Under the pieces are notes generated by a model. The model saw only the letters and a list, made by a program, of their open reading frames with translations. It had not been told where the DNA came from and did no database searches. Position numbers and translations under genes: made by a program. A stretch of 64,000 nt of DNA from Selaginella moellendorffii (taxonomy: Eukaryota > Plantae > Lycopodiophyta). The DNA lies in contig NW_003314279.1 in the NCBI RefSeq assembly GCF_000143415.4, positions 186,001 through 250,000 on the forward strand, in the 5' to 3' direction. Within the stretch, counting starts at the first letter, position 1. Each line of letters begins with the position of its first letter. Shown piece by piece: positions 1 through 11,959 of this stretch.

Positions 1-1068
1 GCCAGGTTTGTTCTTTCTCTCGGAGACATAATCGATGGGAACGTCTCGCCAGAGAAAACCACCGAAGACTTTGAGACGATCCTGGCTGAACTTCAAAAGG
101 TTTTTACTTGTTTAATTTTACAAACTTCGGGAATCGCAACTGAGTTTTTCTTTTGTTTCTCAGCTGGAGCTCCCAGCGTTCCATGTTTTGGGAAACCACT
201 GCTTGTCATTGCCGAGGGAATCAGTCATGGCACAACTTGGGATGCCAGCTTCTTACTACGTGCACAAAATCACCCATGCTTGGTCTCTGGTAAGCTTGAA
301 ATTATCGCATTGGACACGTTCTTTTTCTCGTTTTCTTCTTTCATTCAGGTAGTTCTTGACACAATGGACATGAGCACGAAGTGGTCGGAGGACACACAAA
401 ACTTCAAGGTAGCTTTTACTCATTCGCCATGGTGTCAAGAATTTTTTAACTTATCAACACTAACAGGAAGCCACGGAATTTCTTCACGCACATCCTTTGG
501 GCGACGATCATCCCCAAATGTCTTTGTCGAACGGTGGCATTGGATCCATCCAAATGTGCTGGCTCAAAGAAGTGATAGCAAACGCAGAGAGGTATATAAT
601 CTTTTTCTCCAAGATTTCCATGTCTCCATTATCATCTTGTCCAAAATTCTAGGAACAAGATCAAACTTATTGTAGCGGCACACCATCCGGTAGTAGCCGG
701 CTCGGCTCCGGACGGCCTTCTAGCTTGGAACCATCAAGAGGTAAGAAAGCAAAGAAGTTATAAATTTCTTCTTCTTGCTTTCTCAGATCTCCTCAGTGCT
801 CGTGGAAAGCTCAGCCTTTGTACTGTTTCTGTGTGGTAAGCTCGAGGATTTGGCTGATTCAATAGTATTCTTGTGTGAATTGTTTGCTGCAGGGCACCAC
901 CATCCGGGTGGCTACGCATGTATCAATGGCAAGCACTTTGTCACCGTGCAAGCCATCTTGGAAGCTCCAACAGGCTCACAGGCTCACGCAGTGGTAAATG
1001 TGTTTGATAGTCACAAAATCACCATACAAGGCACCGGTACTGTGATCAGCCGCGTCCTGGAAATTTGA
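1..1068 (+). CDS. Mn-dependent ADP-ribose/CDP-alcohol diphosphatase family metallophosphoesterase, 5' end outside window, multi-exon
   Basis: Spliced reading gives LGDIIDG, HVLGNHC, VVLDT, NGGIG..Q..WL, AHHP and GHHHPGGY motifs; GT-AG introns; stop at 1066-1068. Confidence 0.85.
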
Positions 1069-1232
1069 TTAAGCCAAAGCTCCTCTAGAATCAAGTTGAG
1101 CTCAAAGTCCAAGGCTTCATGCTAATGAAATACTTTTAAGTTGACTGCATTGACTTCCATAACTTTGAAGTAAGTCTTTGCAAATGTTTGCTTGGTTGTC
1201 ATTCTTTTGTCTCGATTGTCTGGAATCTTGCC

Positions 1233-2926
1233 ATGGAAGAGCGCCCCCAACTCGCCCTGTCCTCACGATCTGGAACGACATCCCTGTTCGATTCGGCTAG
1301 AAACCTGGACGAAAAGCTCTCAGCAGACAATCCAGCAGAAGCCCCCGGTGGAAAGAAGGAAAACTACAACAAGTATGTGGTGTTTTGTACATTGCTGGCT
1401 TCTCTCAACTCTCTACTGCTCGGATATGGTACGTTCTTCTTCCTTCTGGACATGCCTTGATTCTCATTCTTTCTTCTCAATTCATATATCCAGATATTGG
1501 TGTCATGAGTGGTGCCTTGCTCTACATCAAAGATTACTTCGAGCTCAACAGCGTGCAGCAGGAAGTACTGGTTGGCATTCTCAGCCTGGCGACTCTCGTG
1601 GGTGGGCTCATGGCCGGGAAGGTGGCTGATGCGGTGGGAAGAAGGAAGACAATGGCTACAGCCGCTGCAATCTTCTTCGTCGCTGCCTTGCTCATGGCAT
1701 TGTCTCCCTCATACGCGGTGCTCATGGCGGGACGAGTTCTATCGGGGTTGGGGGTCGGCTTTGCTACTATCTCTCCAGTGTACACGGCAGAACTCTCTCC
1801 TCCCGGAAGCAGGGGATCCCTCGGCTCGTCTGCCGATCTTTTCGTCAACATCGGGGTCCTGCTTGGATACGTAGCGAACTTTGCACTCTCGCCGCTTCCC
1901 GAGTGGCTCGGATGGAGGCTGATGCTGGGAGTCGGCGCCGTCCCTTCCGTGTTCCTGGCTTGCGCCGTGCTGGTGATGCCCGAGTCTCCTCGCTGGCTGG
2001 TGATGCAAGGTAGGCTCTCTCCAGCCAAGGCAATTCTCCTGAAAACGTGCGCTGGGAACAAGATGGAGGCGGAGTCGAGGCTCGCGGCGATAGTGGAGTC
2101 ACTGGGAGACGAGTACGAGGTAGAGAAAGGAGAAGAACTCACCTCCTCAAAGGTGGATGATCCGGAAGGGCTCCTTGAGCCGAGGAGAAGAAGGAAAGCT
2201 AGCAACGTCTGGAAGCAGCTACTGCTACCGTCGGCTCCGGTGCGCAGGATGCTACTGGTGTCACTGGGAATTCACTTCTTCCAGCAGGCATCGGGCGTGG
2301 ACGCTCTCGTGTACTACAGCCCCACGGTGTTCGCACAGGCGGGGATGAAGAGCAGGACGAGCGTGCTGGGCATGACCATCGCCGTCGGCCTGACGAAAAC
2401 TCTCACCATCCTGGTGGCCACCATCTGGCTCGACAGCCTGGGACGCAGGCCGCTGCTCCTGGCAAGTGCAACCGGGATGACCCTCGCGCTCACCACGGTA
2501 GCGGTGACGTTCCGCTTCCTTCACGTCGGTACGAAGGTGGACACGAGCGGTACAGAGCACGCGTCGGTGGCGGTGGTGGTCATCGCCATGCTCGCCATCT
2601 GCGGATTCATGGCGAGCTTCTCCATTGGATTCGGGCCGACGGTGTGTGTGTTGACGTCGGAGGTTTTCCCGCTCACTCTCAGGGCCCGGGCGATGAGCCT
2701 GTCCATCGGGATGAACAGGGCGATCAGCGGGGCCGTGGCGCTGACTTACTTGAGCCTGGCCGGGGCGCTCACCACGTCCGGGGCTTTCTTCGTCTACGCC
2801 TCCATCGCGCTTGCATCCATCGGGTTTGTTTTCTTCGTGGTGCCCGAGACCAAAGGCAAGTCACTGGAGGAGGTTTGTAAGTATTTCGGGTGGCAGCCGG
2901 ATGATCTCAGGCAGGAAAAAGTATAG
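1233..2926 (+). CDS. Polyol/monosaccharide transporter (PLT/PMT, MFS sugar porter), 2 exons (1233-1428, 1494-2926)
   Basis: LLGYDIGVMSGA after splicing, D.VGRR, PVYTAELSP, MPESPRWL, GIHFFQQASG, PETKGKSLEE. Confidence 0.93.
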
Positions 2927-2949
2927 GATATAATATTTCTCTCTGTATA

Positions 2950-3380
2950 TTGTGTCCTACATCAACGACGTTGCATTGAGGCATCTTATCAAACATGGTC
3001 TTCGAATCGGCCAGATGCCCAGCCAGGAAATATGCTTGGAGCATCGCCATGTAGAAAGTCAACGTTTCTCTCCAGCATGGAATCGAGGAGAGACTCGCCG
3101 CACCTCGAAAAAGCCGTGATGACGCGTTGAAAACGAAGAGATCTGGCTCGGGCATTTGATCGAACGTAGATTTGTCGAGACCAAGATGCCTGCTCAGGGC
3201 ATATGCTCATAGCATCGCGGTCCAAGCGCAAACATCCGGCTCCGGACGCTGTATGTTACCAGGTGGGTGTTAGCGATTTCCTTCCCATAGACAACCATGA
3301 GCACAGTGACACAAAACATCGTGTTGCCTGGACTACATTGTGCTTGGCCAGCACCGCAGTGGCCACTCCGGTCCATGGAG
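2950..3380 (-). pseudogene. Degenerate PLS-PPR fragment
   Basis: AMLQAYFLAGHLADSKTMFDKMPQCNVV is a PPR-like motif; surrounding frames are broken. Confidence 0.45.
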
Positions 3381-3725
3381 TTCTAGGTGCGGCTATCGAG
3401 GACTACACTCCAGACAATCTGCCAATTGCCTTTCGACAGTCGCAGCAATAGCTCGTGCGTCAAATGCCGCCAAGATGTCCAAGGAGGAGTGGCAACCGCA
3501 AACTTCATGTCCAGCACCATCTGCTTTCACGCAGCAAACAAGAATGCGGGCCACGAGAGACACGGGAAGACGTTATCAAAGAAAACACGAAGACCCATGC
3601 AGCGGTCTGGGACCATCTTCGATGGCTTCCCAAAGGTCTTGATCAAGCTAGCACCAAGAATCTTTCCTTACAGTCTTGATCTTCTAGAAGTGTGGAGAAA
3701 GCAGGAGTTAAGTCAGAGACGAAGT

Positions 3726-4726
3726 TTAAATGTAAAAAACCTTGGAATCAACAGAGACAATAGAAGTACTAGCAATTCTAAGTACGATCGTTGCACGCAA
3801 ATGCACGATCAGATCAGAACAAGAGACGATCACCCTCGTTAGCACCTGTTCCGCCATGAACCTCCAGGGGTGCAACTTCGCACACGAAGGGTTCCTGGCC
3901 ACCACATCACGGAAGAACTTCTCCGCCTCGGCCTGTTCATCGCCAGTGCTGGCCAAGCGCATTGCGAGCTTGAACGCGGACGCAGCCTTGTTGTCGCCAT
4001 CGGACACAGCCTGCCCATACTGCATAGCTGCGGAGTAGCTTCCCAGTGCCGCCCCATGCGCCCACGCAAAGCCTGCATACATGGAGTAGCCAGTCTCGAA
4101 AGGCATGCCACCCAGGATGCTCCACATCCGGGGCTGCTGCCTGTTGAGCATCAAGGACCTCCTTGCCGACAGGATCGCCTCATGAGCTTCCTTGCTCCTC
4201 CACTGCGCCAAAGCCAGCCAAGCGTGTGCCTCCCATCAGGCTGGATTCCGTGCCAGCGCATGTCTCAGATGATCCATGGCTTCGCTTAGATCCTCTGCGG
4301 GAGTCACAGGTGTTTTCATGAGGGCCATCTCCTCGCCCAGTATCAAAACGGCGAGTCTAGTCTCGACGAGGCAAAGCATGGCAGCATCCGTGCTCGTCTG
4401 GAGCTCGGCCAGCGGCTGCGATGCCACGTCCAATCTCTCCATGGCGCTGTTGATCCCGTGCAATCACCAGCGGGAACCAGTTCTGGCAGGCAACCATGAA
4501 GTTGAGCAGCCAGCAAAAGTCGTGGAAGTGTTGGGTATAAGCAGCAGCTCTGAATTGATGCACGGTCCAGGAACTCGTCCCACTTTTCCTTGGTGATGTT
4601 GCCCGACTTGTTGCAGAAGGCTTTGAACAGGCGCTGGGCCTTGAAAACTTGTACGTGGTCCAGCTGCTCGGCACTCGGAAACTCGGACTTGACATCAAGA
4701 ACCCTAAAATTTGAATTAGCAATCAC
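3726..4726 (-). pseudogene. TPR-repeat protein, disrupted by an in-frame TGA (4236-4238) and a frameshift
   Basis: ORFs 4236-4463 and 3726-4211 are in the same frame: EAMDHLRHALARNPA*WEAHAWLALAQW; also AEAEKFFRDVVARNP. Confidence 0.55.
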
Positions 4727-4788
4727 ACAAATTTCTTAAAATAGCATTAAATAGAAGAAATTTACTAAATATCGGTCTCTATGTAAAT

Positions 4789-4860
4789 GTCGTTGTAGTA
4801 TAGTGGTGAGTATTTCCGCCTGTCACGCGGATGACCCGGGTTCAATCCCCGGCAACGGCG
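4789..4860 (+). tRNA. tRNA-Asp(GTC)
   Basis: GTCGTTGTAGTATAGTGG...CCTGTCACGCGG...GGTTCAATCCCCGGCAACGGCG, 72 nt, plant cytosolic type, TTTT downstream. Confidence 0.96.
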
Positions 4861-5115
4861 AGTTTTGTCCAGTCCAATTTTTATAGTATGGTCCAAGCTT
4901 GCCGGATTTCAGCTCTCCCAGCTCCGCCACTCGTTCCGAATCCCTTGGAGAAATCAGTGGGCTTGATCAGAGGACGTAGACAGATTGGTCGTTTGGGATC
5001 TTGAATTTGTTGTGGTTCCATTCATGTACGTTATATTTTATACATAGCCACATACTTGGCATGGTGATCCGTATTGTCCTAAGAACTGCAGTAAAATATC
5101 AGAAAAAATTAGACA

Positions 5116-5187
5116 GGGGCATTCTGAGAATTGAACTCAGGACCTCTCGCACCCACAGCGAGAATCATACCACTAGACCAAATGCCC
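5116..5187 (-). tRNA. tRNA-Pro(TGG) with atypical G33
   Basis: GGGCATTTGGTCTAGTGGTATGATTCTCGC-TGTGGGT-GCGAGAGGTCCTGAGTTCAATTCTCAGAATGCCCC; T-run terminator. Confidence 0.9.
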
Positions 5188-5308
5188 ATTAGACAATGGG
5201 AATGAATTAGTCATTTTCTTCTTCCTGTTTGCTAATTCCCATTCCGCGAGATCACCAAAAGAAACCGCATGAAAGTCATGCAATGGCTCTAGGCAGGAAC
5301 CGGGTATA

Positions 5309-5382
5309 TGGCCCATGCAGGTTTCGAACCTGCGACCTTGGCGTTATTAGCACCACGCTCTGACCGGCTGAGCTAATAGGCC
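5309..5382 (-). tRNA. tRNA-Ile(AAT)
   Basis: GGCCTATTAGCTCAG...GTGCTAATAACGCC...GGTTCGAAACCTGCATGGGCCA. Confidence 0.95.
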
Positions 5383-6006
5383 TTATGTTAAATCTACTGT
5401 TATGGAATGTAAATGAGCCCATACATTCGTACACTCAGTAGTAATAATAATAACAGTTATTTAAAGTCATGAGGACCCACTCTACTGTTAGTGTGGAGTT
5501 GGGGATCTGCAGGCAAACTCATTGCAAAAACAGAGTCTATATCGAAAACACATTGGGATGCATGAGCATAGAAACAAGGTCTCCAGAATGTTGTCTCAAG
5601 AATAATTCTCAAATTTTTCTTGGCAAGAAATTTTAAGAAATATTATCTTTCTGGATGGTGAATAAAAACTCTTTGATGCAAAGTATGTGGCTATGTTCAA
5701 GTAAACATACATGGAAATAAAAAACGTGATCCCCTATAGTATAAATACCTCATCTCCCCTGTTTCATTAACCCGCAGAGGAGCAGTCATTCTGCAATCAG
5801 ATCGGGATCATAAGGGATAAGCCTTATGTTAAATTCGCGATTATTATATTTTTGTATAATCTTGCACCTGAAACCTTTTAGTTATAATAAGAACAAAAAT
5901 TTAATAATAATAATAATTATTATTATTATAATTTTTAAAAAAGTTTAAACAATGTGTCAGCATAGAAACAAGGTCTCAAGAATGTAATGCAGGAGTTTTT
6001 TTTCGC

Positions 6007-8817
6007 TTATCCCATGCCCGACCCGCGGCTCTCCTCCTTGATTCCAACGCTGGCGTACGTGTTGGCCATGAGAATGTATGGAGCCGAGTCCTCGTCCCCT
6101 CCTCCCACTTTCACCACCTCCTCAAACGCATCCCTGGCGATGGCTACGTTCCCCCACTTGCGAGCTGCTCCCAGCACAGCCATCCACGCCGTCACGCTTG
6201 GCTTGGACCTGGCCATCTCTACCGCCTCCTCCAAGTGATTGGCTCGTCCCAGCATGTCCACCATGCACGAGTAGTGCTCCACTCCAGGCCGACTAAACCC
6301 CGCCTTGCTCTCCATCGCCTGGAAGATCTCCTTCCCCTTTGCAACCAGCCCAGCGTGACCACAAGCCGAGAGGACCGAGAGATACGTGATCCCGTTGGGC
6401 TCCAGCTTCTCTCGCTCCACCATCCTCTCGAAGAGCTCCAAAACTCTGCCACTGTCTCCCTGGAGGCTGTATCCTGCTATGAGTGAGCTCCAAGTCACCA
6501 CGTCCTTGCTCGCCGAGCTCTGACAATCAAACACCTCCTGAGCCTCGACCATGCTCCCACACTTGCCGTAGAAGCTCACCAGCGAATTCACCACTAACGT
6601 CTCAGAGCTGAGAGCCTCCGACTCCAAAACTCTGGCGTGGATCGCCCTGCCGGCATCCAGAGCTACCGAGTTTCCGCAAGCCTTGAGAGCAGCAGCAACT
6701 GTCCCGGCATCCGGCTCGAAGCCCCTCGCTTGCATGAGCTCGTAAACCCGAAGAGCTTTCTCCGGCTCCTCGTTCTGGACGTATCCCAGGATCATCGAGT
6801 TCCACGAAACCACGTCGTGGCTTTGCATACTGTCGAACACCAGCCGTGCGTCTTCCATGCTGCCACACTTTGCGTACATGTCGAGCAAAGCATTTGCTGC
6901 GAAGACGTCGAGCTTGTGCGGAGTTCTTTTCAGCTGAGAGTGAATAGCCCGGCCTTTCTCCAAACAAAACTCCCTGCAGAACTTCCCTCCTGCCTCGAGA
7001 CTGCTGCAGGCGTTCAATGCAGCGGCATAAGTTCGAGCATCTGGGACGAATCCTTGGTCCTGCATTTGCTGGAACAGCTGCAAAGCCTCCTCGCTCATCT
7101 CATTCTCCACGTAGCCACAAACCATGGCATTCCACGACACGACGTCACGGGTGCGCAGTCCGTCGAACACGTCTCGTGCTTCGGCTATGCTTCCACACTT
7201 GGCGTAAACATCGACCAGTGTGCTGGCCACGCAAATGTCGAGATGGAAGCCTCTCTGCTTCAGCTGGGAATGGAATTCTCTAGCCTTGTCCAGGAAGGAG
7301 CTGTCCCTTATCGATTTCTCGGTGTCTGGCTTGCTCGCCACCAAAGCCTTGAGAACCGAGACGTAAGTCCGAGAGTCTGGGACAAAGCCTTCGTCCAGCA
7401 TACGTTGATAAGTGTCTAAAGCTGCTTCGATCTTTCCACCTTGGACGAATCCTGCTATAAGTGAATTCCACGAGACCGTATTCCGCTGCGGCATTTTCTC
7501 GAAACACTCCATGGCAAGCTCAACTTCCCGGCTCTGTGCATACCCGCCAAGCAAACAATTCCAGGAGATAACGTCGTGGCGGATCATTCTGTCAAAAACT
7601 TTTCGAGAATCTGCCATGCTGCCACACTTCGCGTAGAGATCGACCAGCGAGCTTGACACGAACATGTTGGACTCAAACCCACTCTTTGCAAGCCGGGAGT
7701 GAATAGCCTTTCCTTTCTCCAAGCATGCCACCTTAACCATCCTTCCATCGACTTTCCTGCCCTCCTCTCGGACTGCTAAGCTGCTGCAAGCCTTTAACAC
7801 AGCAACGAAGATCTGCCCGTCCGGCTCGACACCATTCTCTTCCATTCCGGCAAACAGCTCCAGAGCTTTCTCGCCTTCTCCAGCTTGTGCATATCCCATA
7901 ATGATAGAGTTCCAGCTCACTACATCCCGTTCCAGCATCCCGTCAAAGACCCTTCGAGCCTCGCACAAGCTTCCACACTTGGCATATAAATCCACCAGCG
8001 TGTTGGCCACAAATCTGTTCGTCTCGAATCCAGCCTCTCGCAGCTGAGCGTGAATCATCCTTCCTTTCTCTTTGCAAAGAGATTTCTTCCCTTCGTCTTT
8101 GGATGCCAGCCCAGCGGAAGCCTTCAACACTGAAACGTAAAGCTGAGCATCTGGAGCGAAACCTTCGGCCACCATCCGTTCAAACAAGTCGAGCGCTACA
8201 GACCCTTGTCCTGCCTGCGCATAGCCCGTGATTATACTAGTCCATGAAGCCACACTGCGACGAGCCATCTTGTCGAAAACTCTGTGCGCATCCACCAAGC
8301 TACCACACTTGGCATACATGTCGACGAGCGCATCTGCCACAGCATCCTCATAGCCGCCGCTTCTAGACAGGTCCCTGTGAATTCTGGCACCTGTACGTAA
8401 GTCTGTTGAGCTGCTGCAAGCTCTCAACGCGAACAAAACTTCTGAAACTCCTGAAGCCTTTCTCGAGCGGTGGTACCTTTCGGTTCTACTGTTCTCTGTA
8501 CTGTTCCTGACTTTATGGACCTTGTTTGCTTCTCCCAAAGCCTTGAGCTTGTCACGCATCCATTCGGGACAGCATGGAGAGTCAATCCACAGCTTCTGTC
8601 CCGTAAACACATGAACAAAGTCTGGAGAGGCAGCGTCTTTCTGTATCAAAGTGTAAGAGAATTGATAAACTAACACTAAAACTGAACTTTTACTTACCTT
8701 GGATGTTCTGTTGTCCCACCATTTGGACGGATCTTCAATGAACTGCTGCCATTTGAGATATTCGCTTGCATTGTGGCTCTGTGAAGAGAAGGCCCTCGAA
8801 CCCAGCAGTCTTTTCAT
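6007..8817 (-). CDS. PLS-class PPR protein with C-terminal E domain (no DYW) and N-terminal OSB-type PDF motif; one 57-bp in-frame intron (8641-8697)
   Basis: Repeated LVDxYAKCGS..DA..VFD / DVVSWN motifs; E domain HYSCMVDMLGRA...W.AVLGA...PYILMANTY; transit-peptide-like N-terminus. Confidence 0.92.
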   Translation of the reverse strand: MKRLLGSRAFSSQSHNASEYLKWQQFIEDPSKWWDNRTSKVSKSSVLVLVYQFSYTLIQKDAASPDFVHVFTGQKLWIDSPCCPEWMRDKLKALGEANKVHKVRNSTENSRTERYHRSRKASGVSEVLFALRACSSSTDLRTGARIHRDLSRSGGYEDAVADALVDMYAKCGSLVDAHRVFDKMARRSVASWTSIITGYAQAGQGSVALDLFERMVAEGFAPDAQLYVSVLKASAGLASKDEGKKSLCKEKGRMIHAQLREAGFETNRFVANTLVDLYAKCGSLCEARRVFDGMLERDVVSWNSIIMGYAQAGEGEKALELFAGMEENGVEPDGQIFVAVLKACSSLAVREEGRKVDGRMVKVACLEKGKAIHSRLAKSGFESNMFVSSSLVDLYAKCGSMADSRKVFDRMIRHDVISWNCLLGGYAQSREVELAMECFEKMPQRNTVSWNSLIAGFVQGGKIEAALDTYQRMLDEGFVPDSRTYVSVLKALVASKPDTEKSIRDSSFLDKAREFHSQLKQRGFHLDICVASTLVDVYAKCGSIAEARDVFDGLRTRDVVSWNAMVCGYVENEMSEEALQLFQQMQDQGFVPDARTYAAALNACSSLEAGGKFCREFCLEKGRAIHSQLKRTPHKLDVFAANALLDMYAKCGSMEDARLVFDSMQSHDVVSWNSMILGYVQNEEPEKALRVYELMQARGFEPDAGTVAAALKACGNSVALDAGRAIHARVLESEALSSETLVVNSLVSFYGKCGSMVEAQEVFDCQSSASKDVVTWSSLIAGYSLQGDSGRVLELFERMVEREKLEPNGITYLSVLSACGHAGLVAKGKEIFQAMESKAGFSRPGVEHYSCMVDMLGRANHLEEAVEMARSKPSVTAWMAVLGAARKWGNVAIARDAFEEVVKVGGGDEDSAPYILMANTYASVGIKEESRGSGMG

Positions 8818-8873
8818 TCACCGAAGTCCATTACCTAGACGCTACCTTCATACCCTGCTTTTAAACCCTCTCT

Positions 8874-11490
8874 TTAAAAGTACTGTAGGATGTCTTTGTC
8901 CGTCGAAGCCTTGAGTCTGCAGCTCTGTCCCAAATGCACGTCCCCGAAAACGTATCTGTAGTGGAGAAGTCGGTCGATATTTTTCGAAACACTGGCATAG
9001 GTACCTGTATTCGCAATAATCCAAAAGGCCGCACTTTGCCTTTGAGTAGTCCCAATAGCAGTCCTCGTCTCGCAAGGGTACTCGTCTAGCTGCAACAACC
9101 GGTCTAAGTTACAGAGAAAAAAGCGTTACTTCGAGCGCTGACCTTTGGAGACGAAACTTCTCACTGCTTGTGGGTGGGAATTGTGAACGTTTTCTAGTAG
9201 CAGTTCCCTGAGTAGAACAGGCGAGCGGACCAAATTCCTGTGATCAACTGCACAAACAACATGTAGAATTATCAGCAGCCAGGAGGTTCGCAGGACATTA
9301 CTTTTGTCAAACTCCCAAACCGCGGTTTTCTTCCCTGCCAGTCCAACAGCGTCCTCATAGTATGTGATGTATTTTATTCGACTGTCCCGGCTCCCGTTGT
9401 ATACAAGATCACCTCCATGTTCGTGTTCCACGTCGAAAACCTCTTGAATGTCTGAACCTTCGTGTGCAGTCTAGAATCACAGAAATCAACAGGCTTAAAA
9501 GAATGAAACCAGCAAAGGACATACTTACTTGAGGAGCTCTTGTGATGTTCACGCGTGGACCCAGCCATCTCTTGCACCAAGAAAGAGAGTGGTATGGTAC
9601 CTAAGCATATGAAAACATGTAGGCCATCAAGAACAGAAGTTTGTAAGATAACTCACTGTGGAATCACCACTCGCAACACCACCTTTTCCATCGACATCTA
9701 ATCCTGACCTGTTGTAATGGTTTTTAGAAATGATCTTGGTTACAAAGTTCTTACCTTGTCTGCAACGAACCTCCATCTGTTTCATAGATGACATCCTTGA
9801 TAATCCAATTGTCTGGGTACGGCTTTCCACTCGGAGACAGTTGATAGCCAACCTGAATTTCACAACTCAATCTTTCCACAATAAGGTTTTCAAAGAGGAC
9901 TAACCTCAGTCTTAAGATTGATACCATACATGCAAAACACATTTTTGATCGGCGGCCGCTCCCATGGAGTTAGTGGATTAAACAATGGATTATCCAAGTA
10001 GTATCTGAGAATTAGGAAGTAGTTTAGTAGGAAAAAACATCAGTCAGACATACTTCTTGAGCTGATAGAAAGCCAGTTTAGCTTGAGGATCAAATTCACC
10101 CATCTCCTTGAAGCTTGTGCCATCCGATATTTTCTGAGCTGAATAAAAGCGCTGGATAGGAACTGTGTAATTTGCTAGAGCTGCAAGGGCTCCGTTTTCG
10201 AAAGACTCACCAGGATAGAGCACCCCTGCCAAAGTGGACAAAAGTTGGATAAGGCATTAATAAGCCATTCGTTTGTTACCAGAAGTTGGCATGTCCACCT
10301 CAAGCACGTTGACAGGCCAGTCTGGAGCAACTAAGCCTTCGGTTTTGGTCGTATTCCTTTGAGACAGTGGTTTGTTGTCAGAAAACGGCAACATCCACAA
10401 ACCGGAACTGAAAGTTCCAAGCATGATTCGAGCTGTACCCTATCAAAACGAAGTAAAAGTCAATGACGTTGCGAAGTTCCAACAGCTTTAACGAACCTCT
10501 GAAATTGGTAATCCAAAAGTCACCCCAGAAAGAACGCCTTTCAGAGCATCTGGAGCTCCTAGAAAAGGAGCACCTGCAAGAGATAGCATTGCTGGTAAGA
10601 CGGTTCACAATCCGCCAATCTCACCTAGAGCATGATACGTGAAAATGTGATCGTCAATCCAAGTAGTGTACAGTTTGGGCGGTACTTCTTGTTTCAGCCA
10701 TTCCAGAAAATATCTGAACACATTATTCCCAAGAGAATGCGCGAAAACGAGTGACGGCCCCCCTCGCAGCTTCCGAAGCGTCTCGAAAGTTAGCCTGGAA
10801 TTAGAGATCAGAAAAACAAGAGGTGATTTTGAGAAGGAAAAACCTCAGCCTGTGGAAGTACAGATCTCGTTCTTCGAGAACTGGACCCGCCAATCTCCAG
10901 TCATAAGGTGCTGCGACAATGGACTCGGCGTCAACACCGAACTCTACACACCACGAAACCCACTCCTTCCATACAGAAGACAATGGTCCTGTGATATCCT
11001 AATTAACAAAACGAATAGAGAAAAAAAAAGCCAACTTGGATACCTGTGAAATATCCAGGATCCATCTCGGTAATTGCAGAAACACCGCTGTCGGGACGAG
11101 ATTTGCACTCGGGATGATCAGTCTGATTGTAAGGATCAAGCATCATGCACTTCATCCAACATTGTGGTACCGAGATAACCTGAAAAAGATTATTTTTTCC
11201 AGCTCAGCTGACTCAAACCAAAGCGGAAAAAGAGAAAGACAAACCTTTCGGAGGTCCAACCACACAGGATCCAGTGGGTTGAAATCGAGGGGCGAGAAGG
11301 GACAATCCAGCAGCGACCAGGACCTGAGCCTTGTGGAGGCAAAGCCGGGAATTATCACCCCCGAAAACTTTTGATCACCGGAACGCCACAGCTTTGGATC
11401 AACACCTGCTGCTGATGCCGATTCCAACCCTAGACCAAGCAGCAGGATGATGCACCACCAAGCTTGAGAAAACGACTTGCTCTTGTTCAT
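8874..11490 (-). CDS. PSAT1: Phospholipid:sterol O-acyltransferase (LCAT family), multi-exon
   Basis: SGVIIPGFASTRLRSWSLLDCPFSPLDFNPLD, APYDWRL, FAHSLGNN, C-terminal DEDCYWDY...YVFGDVHLGQSCRL. Confidence 0.92.
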
Positions 11491-11959
11491 TTCCGAGTTG
11501 CTGTAGCTTCACCATAGATCTAGCAGTGCAAAGTTGAAGAAATGGAAAGCCGCCCCAGCGCGTACGTTAAATAGACTCACGAGATGGTCAATGCTTCTCG
11601 ACGGCCGCTGCTGCTTCTGCCAAGCTGCTGCCGAAACTTCTACCATGACAAACACAAAAGGATAAGCGAGACAAGGTCAAATCCCTCGAACAGGAAGCTT
11701 ACCGCGTTGCGTTACTCTTTCTACAAGCTCACTGGTTAGATAAAATAATAGCAATAGTTAAAAAGTAAAGTGGAAATTTTTTCAAACGAAACTCACCAGA
11801 GCTACTTGTTTATGCTGTTGTCTCAGCTCCTAGACCATGATCCTCAAAGGTTTGAAACCCAACTTCCTTTCCCGATCCTGCTGATGCAGAGCTCTGTTCG
11901 AGATCGCAGCTGTCAGTGCTCAAATGGAAGCATTCCTGAAAGCTCCTGAAATAGATTAA

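Noticed and set aside
5116-5187. Reading the tRNA as His(GTG)
   Set aside because: Body is tRNA-Pro and stem pairing centres TGG; a GTG register breaks the anticodon stem
5188-5308. Possible tRNA-snoRNA dicistron or hairpin RNA between tRNA-Ile and tRNA-Pro
   Set aside because: Only a short imperfect inverted repeat; no convincing C/D or H/ACA boxes
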